Shown in pieces: positions 18,429 to 27,353 of a stretch of 64,000 bases of DNA. Source of the stretch: an uncultured Bacteroides sp. (GTDB lineage: Bacteria > Bacillota > Clostridia > Lachnospirales > Lachnospiraceae); NCBI GenBank assembly GCA_964635615.1, contig CAZWNL010000011.1:13314-77313 (forward strand), in the 5' to 3' direction. Each line of letters opens with the position of its first letter. Positions within the stretch are counted from its first letter, which is position 1. A model generated the notes under the pieces. The model was not told where the DNA came from and did no database searches. It saw only the letters and a list, made by a program, of their open reading frames with translations. The position numbers and the translations under genes were made by a program.

Positions 18429-18809
18429 ATGAAAAAAATGATACTTCTTTACAGCTATCCCAATGACATTAACAAAAAAATTTCAGACATATGTCTTGCG
18501 TGTGAAATAGAGTGCAAAAAGATACCGAAAAAGAGATTTTTGCAGCCAATAGGAAATCACACAGGGGCACCGGGGTATGAGGGTACAGGTGAAATATATG
18601 AGGGAAATGCCCTTGACGAGCCTGTCATGCTGCTTGCAGGCTTGAGCGGCAGGGAGCTTGATAGTATACTTGATACCTTCAAAAATTTAGGCGTACCATC
18701 CGTGGGCTTCAAGGCTATTGTTACAAGCCATAACATAAATTGGACGATTTTTGATTTGTATGAGGAGCTTGCAAGAGAGAGAGAAGCCATACAAAAAAGA
18801 CAGGGCTAA
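18429..18809 (+). CDS. DUF3783-like protein
   Basis: EPVMLLAGLSGRELDSIL...KAIVTSHNINWTIFDLYEELAREREA pattern. Confidence 0.75.
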   Translation: MKKMILLYSYPNDINKKISDICLACEIECKKIPKKRFLQPIGNHTGAPGYEGTGEIYEGNALDEPVMLLAGLSGRELDSILDTFKNLGVPSVGFKAIVTSHNINWTIFDLYEELAREREAIQKRQG

Positions 18810-18915
18810 CGATTGATATAACAAATACTAAGCGGAACATTAAAAGTGTAATATAACGTATTTTCTGATTTAAAAGCTGATATACTATGCATGTCAACCT
18901 GTTTAATATAAACAA

Positions 18916-18944
18916 TTGCACATTTTTCCATTTCGTATTATAAT
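18916..18944 (+). promoter_or_regulatory. Sigma-A-like promoter for the SbcD-like operon
   Basis: TTGCAC-17bp-TATAAT. Confidence 0.6.
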
Positions 18945-19025
18945 GAAATTTAATGATGTCAAAAGGCAATATGCAGGAAGGCATGGTTGCAGGAAAACAA
19001 TCACTTAAAATGAGGAGCTTTTGAA

Positions 19026-20093
19026 ATGAAATTTATACACATATCTGACGTTCATTTAGGCTTGAAGCCTGACAGGACAAAAATATGGAGTGATGAAAGA
19101 GCAGATGAATTATGGGACAGCTTTAAAAACATTGTAAAGCTCTGCGAGGAAAAAAAGGTGGAGCTGCTTCTTGTTTCAGGCAATCTTTTTCATGCATCAC
19201 CAACCCTGCAGGAGCTTAAGAACCTTGATTTGCAGCTTAACAGGCTTTCGGTGACTAAAACCGTCATCATAGCAGGCTCCTGTGATTATATTGAGGAGAA
19301 CTCGGTCTGGGAGCGGTATGATTTTAATTCAAACACGCTTGTCATGCCGAGGGATAAGGCTGCAAATGTATATTTTGAGGATATAAATGTATGTATTACA
19401 GGCTACAGCTACGGAAAGCCTGAGTACACTGCCAAAATACTTGAGAAATTAAAACCCGGCAGAGAGGGTGCATATAATATTCTTCTGGGACATGGAGGAG
19501 ACAAAAACCATATGCCCTTTTCAAAAGACAGGCTTGCAAAAACAGGCTTTGATTATATTGCACTTGGCTACATCCGAAAGCCAACGCATATCCTTAAAAA
19601 TAAAATGGCATTTCCAGGTTGTCTTGAGCCTCTTGATTACACTGATACAGGGCGCAGGGGGTACATTTATGGAGAGGTTGACGAGGAAAAAAATACGACC
19701 ATTTCATGGGTGGCAAGCAATAAGAGAAGCTATATTAACATGACGCTGGAGCTTCAGCCTGACACCACAAATGCTGACATTTTAGATATTGTGGAAGCCG
19801 AGATAAAAAACCGTGGTAAGGAAAATATATACAGAATACTTCTCAAGGGAACGATTGACAGCAGCCTTGAGATTAATTTAAGTGGAATTGTACGAAGATA
19901 TAATATAAATGAGGTTATCGACAGGACAGAGTATGATTACAGTGTGGACGAGCTGTATCATGGCAACGAGAATAACCTTTTGGGTAGATTTATAAGCAGG
20001 ATGAAGGATGAGGAAAGCGAAGAAGCTGAGGAAATAAGACAAAAGGCACTTGAATACGGAATAAGTGCGCTGTTGGGAGTTGGAGACAGATAA
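19026..20093 (+). CDS. SbcD/Mre11/YhaO-like metallophosphoesterase with degenerate metal-binding motifs
   Basis: SDVHLG retained; GNLFH, GSCD and LGYIR replace the canonical GDLFD, GNHD and LGHIH; FPGCLEPLDY, G.RGY. Confidence 0.8.
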   Translation: MKFIHISDVHLGLKPDRTKIWSDERADELWDSFKNIVKLCEEKKVELLLVSGNLFHASPTLQELKNLDLQLNRLSVTKTVIIAGSCDYIEENSVWERYDFNSNTLVMPRDKAANVYFEDINVCITGYSYGKPEYTAKILEKLKPGREGAYNILLGHGGDKNHMPFSKDRLAKTGFDYIALGYIRKPTHILKNKMAFPGCLEPLDYTDTGRRGYIYGEVDEEKNTTISWVASNKRSYINMTLELQPDTTNADILDIVEAEIKNRGKENIYRILLKGTIDSSLEINLSGIVRRYNINEVIDRTEYDYSVDELYHGNENNLLGRFISRMKDEESEEAEEIRQKALEYGISALLGVGDR

Positions 20094-21782
20094 ATGTATC
20101 TTAATAAGCTATCACTTAAGGATTTTGGAAAATTTAATAACAATGAAATAGACCTTAAGGAGGGCATCAATCTTATCTGTGTGGACAGTGAGGCAAAGAG
20201 GTTTAGCCTTAAGGAATTTGTCGTTGGTATGTTTTACGGAATAAATCGTTTCAAGGGCATTGAGAAAAATGATGATAACTACGAGCGTTTAAAATCAATC
20301 AGTGGGAGAAATTCTTCAGGCAGAGTATATGTAAAAAAGGATGAAAATTCATATTTTCTTGAGAGAAATTTTCAAAAACGCGGCGATAAGGTAAATGTTC
20401 TTGACATTAAAACAGGACGTGAGCTTATGCTGAAAAACAGCAATAATCTCTATGAGACATTTTTTGATACGGACAGGAGTACATATGCAGGCAGCTTATG
20501 TATTTCAAAACCAAAGGCAGAAAATGCAAAGGAACTGTCAAACGAACTTACGGAATATGCAGGTAACATGACACTGTGCGGTGTGGCAGATATAAATAAG
20601 ACAGAAATAGTGGAAGCTCTGAAGGATGAAAAAAGACAGTATGAGACAAGGTCGCTGGAACGTGAGGTCGAGGGCATACGTGAGCAGATAGGACGTTACG
20701 ATGGAGTGGAGGATAAGCTTAAGGCGGTAAGGGATGAAATAAGGGAAGTTGAAGAAGAATTTGCAATGGAAACTGCCAAGAGAAAGCGTGAGGCAAGAAA
20801 ACTTATTGAGACTGACAAGGGCGTAACCTATGAGGAGGACGACACTTTAACTGATAATCTTGATGAGCTTACAATGAACAGTACATTTACGGATGAGGAA
20901 GATGACGATGAGAATAAGGAGGAAAAAATAACTGATAAGCTATGGTTCATTTTTCTTACCGGCTTATTTGTCATTGCCGTTATAACGACTATGGTATATA
21001 TTCTTCCTTTTGAGAAGGGTGTAAGGCAGCTCTTTGTTGTTTGTACGGTATTATTTGTAATCATAACGATAGTGGAGGGCTTATATGCCAAGGGTGTATT
21101 TGATGGTGATGTCACAACACCCTCGGAGGAGGACTTTAAACGTGTTATACAGGAGCTTGAGAAAAAGAAGGCAGAGGAGGATGACGTTAAGATAGACATG
21201 TCTTTTGCCGAGGAATTTATGGAAAAGAAAACGGAGCTTAAGGCAGAGGAGCATGATTTGCTTGAGGATAAAAGGAGAAAGCAGGAACTTCTCGATGAGC
21301 TTGGCATTGTGGAGGCAGAACTTCAGAAAATGCAGAAGGAAATTCATGCGATTAATCTTGCAATAAATACGATAAACGAACTGTCAACAAACGAACAGGA
21401 GGAAATGAAAAACCTGTTTACAGCGTCAGGAGACTTTATATCGCCACTTACAAACGGCAGATATGACGATGTGCGTTTTGAGATAAATGGACGGGTAGCA
21501 GTTGGCAAAAACGGAATCTATGACGGCATTGACAGACTCTCCTATGATGACCTTAAAATGGTATATATGTCAATGAAGCTTTCGGCGGCAAAGTTGCTGA
21601 ATAAGGACAACATGCCTATTGTAGTTGAGGATTGGTTTACGGAGAACGAAGGCTTTGCACCGGAGCTTATACGTTGCATGGGAAAGGTCGGTGCAGATCA
21701 GATAATACTTCTCACAGCGAATCAGAATGCAAAACAGAAGCTTGACAATGCAGGAATAGAGTACGAGTATGTCGCCATGTAA
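20094..21782 (+). CDS. YhaN/SbcC-like coiled-coil protein with two central TM helices and degenerate ABC-ATPase motifs
   Basis: MYLNKLSLKDFGKF N-terminus, long coiled coils, TM pair. No GxxxxGK(S/T); signature region reads LSYDD; Walker B region reads IVVEDWF. Confidence 0.7.
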   Translation: MYLNKLSLKDFGKFNNNEIDLKEGINLICVDSEAKRFSLKEFVVGMFYGINRFKGIEKNDDNYERLKSISGRNSSGRVYVKKDENSYFLERNFQKRGDKVNVLDIKTGRELMLKNSNNLYETFFDTDRSTYAGSLCISKPKAENAKELSNELTEYAGNMTLCGVADINKTEIVEALKDEKRQYETRSLEREVEGIREQIGRYDGVEDKLKAVRDEIREVEEEFAMETAKRKREARKLIETDKGVTYEEDDTLTDNLDELTMNSTFTDEEDDDENKEEKITDKLWFIFLTGLFVIAVITTMVYILPFEKGVRQLFVVCTVLFVIITIVEGLYAKGVFDGDVTTPSEEDFKRVIQELEKKKAEEDDVKIDMSFAEEFMEKKTELKAEEHDLLEDKRRKQELLDELGIVEAELQKMQKEIHAINLAINTINELSTNEQEEMKNLFTASGDFISPLTNGRYDDVRFEINGRVAVGKNGIYDGIDRLSYDDLKMVYMSMKLSAAKLLNKDNMPIVVEDWFTENEGFAPELIRCMGKVGADQIILLTANQNAKQKLDNAGIEYEYVAM

Positions 21783-21789
21783 GTAAACC

Positions 21790-22076
21790 GATTGCACGAA
21801 GGCACACTTACAACATAAGCCTTGGCTTCGATGCATATAAAGTATACCATATAAAAACTCGCTTTCGCTCGTCTCATATGTCCTGAGGTGTCTGCGAAGC
21901 AGACGGAGTCCTGAGGACAATAACGTAGCGGTACTAAAAATTGCCGGTTTAAGAATCCTATTATATAAGGGTATCTTAGACCGGCAATTTAAGTACCGAC
22001 GTCTTCAAACGGTTTTTAATATGGTATACTTATATGCATTGAAGACAAGGCATTGTAAATTCGCCTTCGTGCAATC
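21790..22076. repeat. 287-bp nested palindromic element (copy A)
   Basis: Perfect 14-bp outer IR GATTGCACGAAGGC/GCCTTCGTGCAATC; core CGCTTTCGCTCGTCTC...CAAACG shared with 39655..39825 and 58887..58994; two inner hairpin modules. Confidence 0.85.
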
Positions 22077-22080
22077 GCTT

Positions 22081-23289
22081 TTAGTCAAGCTCCGGCGCCT
22101 TATAATTCGGCGTAATTGTTCCGCACTCCTTGTACTCCTGAATACGTGCCTGAATACGCTCGGACTGGTCAAGGAGACCGCTTATTGAAGCGTTATGGTT
22201 AAGGTGATCAATAAGTGTTGCAATATATTTGCTGAGGTCAGCGGAACCGTACCATGGTCTTTCAAAAAGCTCAGGCATCTGATAGGTCAGGTTTGTGGTA
22301 ATAACCTTCTCAATGATACCCTCTTTATGACATTCATCAAATACCGCCAGGCCGCTTGTAAATAATCCGAAGGTTGCAAGTGCGTAAACACGTCTTGCTT
22401 TGCGGCGCTTAAGCTCCCTTGCAACGTCGAGCATACTCTCACCGGAGGCAATCATATCATCTACGACAATTACGTCCTTGCCTTCAACGGAATCACCGAG
22501 AAATTCATGCGCTACAATAGGGTTTTTGCCGTTTACGATAGTGGTGTAATCACGTCTCTTATAAAACATTCCAACATCAACGCCAAGATGGTTTGCAAAA
22601 TAAATTGCCCTGTTCATGGCACCCTCATCAGGACTTATAACCATCATATGGTCACTGTCAAGCTTAAGGTCAGGGGTGGATAAAAGCAGTGTCTTAATAA
22701 ACTGGTAGGTAGGCATAATATTTTCAAAGCCGCTTCTCGGAATGGCATTTTGTACTCTCGGGTCGTGGGCATCAAATGTAATGATATTGTCAACACCCAT
22801 TCCTACAAGCTCCTGAAGGGCTATTGCACAGTCTAAGGATTCCCTGTTGTTTCTTTTGTGCTGTCTGCTCTCATATAAAAACGGCATAATAACCGTTATT
22901 TTGTTTGATTTGCCGCCTATAGCCGCAATTATACGCTTCAAATCAGAATAATGGTCATCAGGTGACATCATATTTTTCTTGCCGCAGATGGAATATTCGA
23001 TATTGTGATTCACAACATCCACTAAAAGGTAAAGATCCGTTCCACGGACGGATTCTGAAAGTGTTCCCTTGGCTTCGCCTGAACCGAAACGCGGGCAGGC
23101 AGATTTTAAAATATAGGATTCCTTTTCATATCCTGTAAATGTAAGATGATCCTTGTGCTCGTTGTGCCGTTGGGCTCTCCATTTTGCAATGTAGCTGTCA
23201 ACCTTTTCTCCTAAGGTCTTGCAGCTTTGCAGAGGGATTATACCCAGCTTTCCTACAGGTATGTTAATTAGTTTACTTGAATCCGGCAT
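22081..23289 (-). CDS. prs: Ribose-phosphate pyrophosphokinase
   Basis: RFGSGE, PFLYESRQHKR, DAHDPRVQ, VSPDEG, VDDMIASG motifs. Confidence 0.92.
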   Translation of the reverse strand: MPDSSKLINIPVGKLGIIPLQSCKTLGEKVDSYIAKWRAQRHNEHKDHLTFTGYEKESYILKSACPRFGSGEAKGTLSESVRGTDLYLLVDVVNHNIEYSICGKKNMMSPDDHYSDLKRIIAAIGGKSNKITVIMPFLYESRQHKRNNRESLDCAIALQELVGMGVDNIITFDAHDPRVQNAIPRSGFENIMPTYQFIKTLLLSTPDLKLDSDHMMVISPDEGAMNRAIYFANHLGVDVGMFYKRRDYTTIVNGKNPIVAHEFLGDSVEGKDVIVVDDMIASGESMLDVARELKRRKARRVYALATFGLFTSGLAVFDECHKEGIIEKVITTNLTYQMPELFERPWYGSADLSKYIATLIDHLNHNASISGLLDQSERIQARIQEYKECGTITPNYKAPELD

Positions 23290-23306
23290 GATTTTTCCTC
23301 CATAGC

Positions 23307-24353
23307 TTATGTAATTGAATTGATTGCATTTTTTCTCTTTTGGTATCTTATATTATCACCGTACATATAAAATACGGTGTAATCTGCTATTATTCTTGAC
23401 ATTATCCTCTCAGAATAGCGTTCACTTAACTGTGGCATTGTAAGGTTAGTTGAAACAAGAGTAGACTTACCGCACACACCACGTTGGTTAATTATCTCAA
23501 ACAGGGAGGAAAGTACAAAATTGTTTGTAAGCTCTGTGCCTAAATCGTCTATAATAAGAAGCTCACAGGTGTAAGTATACTTATACAGCTCCTCCAATTC
23601 CTTTTTATGATTCATAACATAATCTGCAATCAGCTTTTCAAACAACTCAGTTGCTGAAAGATATAAAACAGAGTGTCCCGTATCTAAAAGCTCTTTTGCA
23701 ATACAATTAGTGAGGAAGGTTTTTCCCATACCCGTTTCACCGTATATCAGTATATTTCCACGCTCGGTTTTACTTTGCTGAAAGCCCTCTGTAAATTCAT
23801 GGGCGCATTTTAGTATATTTTTCATATTTTCCTTAGGAGAATACTGCTGGCTGCCTCGTTCATTACTATAGTATTCCAAATTAAACGTATCAAAATTCTC
23901 TTTTTGAAGCACATTTTTAAGATTGGACTGAATGTAAAGGCAATCTATAATCTGTCTCGTATAGCAGTTACATTTTCTGATAAGGGGCAATGTGCCATGC
24001 TCATCATCCGTAACCTCGATATACCCTGTATCCATGCATTTCATGCAGTTGTAGACAGGCTCTAAATAATCAGAGGGATAGCCGGCATCAAGTAAAAGAT
24101 GCTTCTTTTCAGCATTGATTCTGTGGATTTTTTCCTTTGTGGAATTGGTGACGGTCTTGTCATTATCCAAACCAAGCGCACGTCTTTTAGCGGCTTCTAT
24201 ATGATAGTTTGTAGCCTGCTCATCAAGCTCCTCAATGCGTGGAATCTTGATATAAACAGCCAAACGTCTCTCCTGAAGAAGCCGCTTATTGTTTAATCTT
24301 GTTTTTTCATATCCGCGAATAATATCTTCTGTGCTTAGTGCAAAGTAACTCAT
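23307..24353 (-). CDS. dnaC: DnaC/IstB-like AAA+ ATPase (helicase loader)
   Basis: CMKCMDTG zinc-finger-like motif, Walker A GETGMGKT, LLIIDDLGTE, STNL, ERIMSR; 4-bp overlap with the dnaD-like gene. Confidence 0.75.
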   Translation of the reverse strand: MSYFALSTEDIIRGYEKTRLNNKRLLQERRLAVYIKIPRIEELDEQATNYHIEAAKRRALGLDNDKTVTNSTKEKIHRINAEKKHLLLDAGYPSDYLEPVYNCMKCMDTGYIEVTDDEHGTLPLIRKCNCYTRQIIDCLYIQSNLKNVLQKENFDTFNLEYYSNERGSQQYSPKENMKNILKCAHEFTEGFQQSKTERGNILIYGETGMGKTFLTNCIAKELLDTGHSVLYLSATELFEKLIADYVMNHKKELEELYKYTYTCELLIIDDLGTELTNNFVLSSLFEIINQRGVCGKSTLVSTNLTMPQLSERYSERIMSRIIADYTVFYMYGDNIRYQKRKNAINSIT

Positions 24354-25492
24354 TTGTTATTTACCTCTTTTAGAAATAATTCTTCCATTTCGGTAAGCTC
24401 GTTATCAAGCTTTGTCTGCTTAAAGTTATTAAAGCCGCTTCTGTTTGAAGAACTCGGCCTGCGACTTGTTTTTGCAACGAATTCCCTGTCTAATCGGTCA
24501 ATATCCTCAAATGTTTTTACATTATTTTTATTCCAGTTTTCCAAAATTCCGTTTATGTATGCAAAGTTAGCCGAGCTTGGCTTTGCCTCTATGGCACGCT
24601 CACATGCCTTTTCTATCATCTCCGTCGAAAAACCGAAGTCCCTACTCCATGTGGAAATGTATGCAAGCTCTATATTGGTTGGATTGGCACGTCTTATTCC
24701 CAGTGTCTTAAATACAATACGTGTTATTCCGTTTGTTACGCTTGACTGTTCCCTGGCCTGCTGTCTTGTGGTGATTCCGTCATTGTACCACGCAATGGCG
24801 ACAGCCTCCATGTAACGGCAGTTCTTTTTGTTCATTGTCGTACAGTATTCAATAAGGTACTCAAACAAGTCAACGCTAAATTTAAGAACATCATATATGT
24901 AAATAAGTGTTTCGGCATCCCGTGTTGAAATCTGTTTGCCAAAAAGCGTTTCCACCTGATACACTATGTCGGACCAATCATCATCAGACATTTTTTCGTC
25001 AATATCCTTTGGTGTAAGCTTTGGTTTAGGCGGAGCAGTAAGGTCTACCGACTTTTTGGCTGCCTTAGGCTTGGTAAAATTATGTACATGTTCCTCAGGC
25101 TCAGCCGGTTCCTCAATATCAATATCCATGTCATCCGGTCTTAAAATAGACACTGCATCGGAGGTCATCTTAAGACTGTCCTCTGAAGGGTGGAGTGGTA
25201 AGAGAACGATACCGCTTAACTGTCCTTTTCCGTTATAGTTTAGCTTAAGTACACTTTTGCTTATCCAATATTTTATTGCACGGCATATGTCATTTTCCGT
25301 AAGATTAAAATGGTCTGCAATTTCTGCTACGGTGATGGCTGTATTGTTGCTTAGCAATCGTACCAAATAAAGGTATACCTTCACAAATTCCCCATTTGCA
25401 TCCGTCATGTAGTAGTCAATAAAAAAGTTTGAAATTGAAGAATACGTTTCACTATTTTCTGTTGAAATTGTAATATTTTTCATACATTTCAT
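24350..25492 (-). CDS. dnaD: DnaD/DnaB domain replication protein
   Basis: SISNFFIDYYM..ANGEFVKVYL winged-helix region; YMEAVAIAW and YINGILENW DnaD_C motifs. Confidence 0.8.
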   Translation of the reverse strand: MKCMKNITISTENSETYSSISNFFIDYYMTDANGEFVKVYLYLVRLLSNNTAITVAEIADHFNLTENDICRAIKYWISKSVLKLNYNGKGQLSGIVLLPLHPSEDSLKMTSDAVSILRPDDMDIDIEEPAEPEEHVHNFTKPKAAKKSVDLTAPPKPKLTPKDIDEKMSDDDWSDIVYQVETLFGKQISTRDAETLIYIYDVLKFSVDLFEYLIEYCTTMNKKNCRYMEAVAIAWYNDGITTRQQAREQSSVTNGITRIVFKTLGIRRANPTNIELAYISTWSRDFGFSTEMIEKACERAIEAKPSSANFAYINGILENWNKNNVKTFEDIDRLDREFVAKTSRRPSSSNRSGFNNFKQTKLDNELTEMEELFLKEVNNK

Positions 25493-25588
25493 TCCCCTTT
25501 GACCTTCGTCATGTGAATTATAACATAGGAATTTTTAAATACAAGAGAACGTCTTTTCGATGGGAGAAAAAAGGAAAAATGTTAATAA

Positions 25589-25739
25589 TGTGGATAATGT
25601 TGATTGTATGTTACCATAATTTTGTTACTAGAAGTTATGGGCTTGAAATAGTGTATTTTTATTTTTAGTTATGTAAACACAAATTGAAAGGGCTATTACC
25701 CTAAAATATGGTAAATAGCCCTGTGGATAATGTGGATAA
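25589..25739 (-). promoter_or_regulatory. Three perfect DnaA boxes upstream of dnaD-dnaC
   Basis: TGTGGATAA (TTATCCACA on the minus strand) at 25589-25597, 25722-25730 and 25731-25739. Confidence 0.75.
25690..25721 (-). terminator. Terminator-like hairpin after murC
   Basis: GGGCTATTACC-N9-GGTAAATAGCCC, followed on the minus strand by TTTCAATTT. Confidence 0.55.
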
Positions 25740-27122
25740 CTATTTTTTTAAGAGAGTATTTCCAATTGAATCGACATTTCCGGCACCCATAGTTATCAAC
25801 AAATCATTTTTTTTACAATTTTTTTCGACATAGTCCTCTATTTTATCAAATCCGCCTAAATAAACCGCATTGCCGCCCATTTTGTTTATGCCGTCACAGA
25901 GATTTTTTGATGAAACCATACCCGTGTCCTTTTCTCTTGCGGCATATATGTCTGCAAGAAGAACATGGTCACATACGGAAAGCGCTTTGGAAAATTCATC
26001 TAAAAGAGCATAGGTTCTTGTATATGTATGTGGTTGGAAGACACACCAAAGCTCATTGTGAGGCGTGTTTTTTGCAGCGGCAAGTGTTGCAGCTATCTCT
26101 GTAGGGTGATGTGCGTAATCGTCAACTACAATGACACCATTTTTTGTTATACCCTTGTGTTCAAACCGCCTTTTGGCGCTGCTACACGAATATAAGCCTG
26201 CTTTTATGTGCTCCATGGAAATGCCGAGCCTCGTGGCAACCGCAATAACCGACAGGGAATTTGTAACATTGTGGATTCCTGTCGCATGTAATGATATTGT
26301 GTCCTTCTTCTCGCCGTTTACAACAAGGGTGTATGTCGGGTGGCCCTCCTCGTCAAAGGTTATGTCCGAAGCGGAGTACATATTTCCCTCCTTAAGCCCG
26401 AAGGTGTTAATGTCGCATTTTAAATCCTTACATATATAATCCGTATATTCCATGTCACCATTTACCACAAGAAGTCCGTCATCAGGAAGCTTTTCGGCAA
26501 AGGTTTTAAAGGAGGCTGCGATTTCCTCTATACCGCTGAAAAAGTCAAGATGGTCTGCATCAACATTTAATATGATGCTTATGTATGGGTTAAATGCGTG
26601 ATAGCTGTTTGTGTACTCACATGCCTCCGTCACAAAATATTCGGAGCTTCCCACACGGATATTTCCGCCAATGACATCAAGTATTCCTCCGATTGAAACA
26701 GTAGGGTCGGTATCTGCCGCAAGCAGCACATGGGACATCATGGAGGTTGTTGTTGTTTTTCCGTGAGTTCCGCTTACTGCAATGGAGTATTTGTAGTTGT
26801 TCATAATCTGTCCCAACAGCTGTGCCCGTGTGAGCATCGGTATATTTTTTTCACATGCAGCAATGTATTCGGGGTTATCCTTTCCGATTGCGGCGGTGTA
26901 CACAACCAAATCTATATTATCCTTTATATTTTCTGCCACCTGACCTATTACGACCTCTGCTCCAAGTCCTTTAAGCTTATTTGTCATATCTGATTCCTTC
27001 ATGTCGGAGCCTGATACGTTAAATCCCTCCTTGAGAAGAATTTCTGCAAGTCCGCTCATGCTTATGCCGCCTATACCCATAAAATAAACGTGGCAGGGCT
27101 TATTAAAATCTACCTTATACAT
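25740..27122 (-). CDS. murC: UDP-N-acetylmuramate--L-alanine ligase
   Basis: GIGGISMSGLA, GTHGKTTT, EACEY, DDYAHHPTE, FQPHTYTRT. Confidence 0.95.
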   Translation of the reverse strand: MYKVDFNKPCHVYFMGIGGISMSGLAEILLKEGFNVSGSDMKESDMTNKLKGLGAEVVIGQVAENIKDNIDLVVYTAAIGKDNPEYIAACEKNIPMLTRAQLLGQIMNNYKYSIAVSGTHGKTTTTSMMSHVLLAADTDPTVSIGGILDVIGGNIRVGSSEYFVTEACEYTNSYHAFNPYISIILNVDADHLDFFSGIEEIAASFKTFAEKLPDDGLLVVNGDMEYTDYICKDLKCDINTFGLKEGNMYSASDITFDEEGHPTYTLVVNGEKKDTISLHATGIHNVTNSLSVIAVATRLGISMEHIKAGLYSCSSAKRRFEHKGITKNGVIVVDDYAHHPTEIAATLAAAKNTPHNELWCVFQPHTYTRTYALLDEFSKALSVCDHVLLADIYAAREKDTGMVSSKNLCDGINKMGGNAVYLGGFDKIEDYVEKNCKKNDLLITMGAGNVDSIGNTLLKK

Positions 27123-27138
27123 AATGTTCGCCTTTCAT

Positions 27139-27271
27139 TAAATCTAAAATAGGCGATTGCGAAACGTAAGTTTTTGCAATCGTCTAAATCTAAAATGCTA
27201 CGCCGGTCCCCCTGCTGCGAGGGTCGGTCCTAAGGAATCCACCAGCTACGCTGGTCCCCCCTTAGGACATA
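27139..27271. repeat. Composite hairpin/direct-repeat element in the murC 5' region (copy D, shares a module with copy A)
   Basis: TAAATCTAAAAT direct repeat (27139-27150, 27185-27196) flanking a hairpin; GCTACGC(C/T)GGTCCCCCT twice; GTCCTAAGG...CCTTAGGAC inverted repeat. Confidence 0.7.
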
Positions 27272-27353
27272 TAATACCACATTTTATTGACATTATAAAC
27301 ACTTTATGCCATTATTACTTAGTATAATTTAAAGTAAAAAGAGGAACGGTACA

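Noticed and set aside
21790-22076. Autonomous IS element or annotated ncRNA gene
   Set aside because: No transposase ORF is in or near the element, and it matches no RNA family I know; it is kept as a repeat finding.
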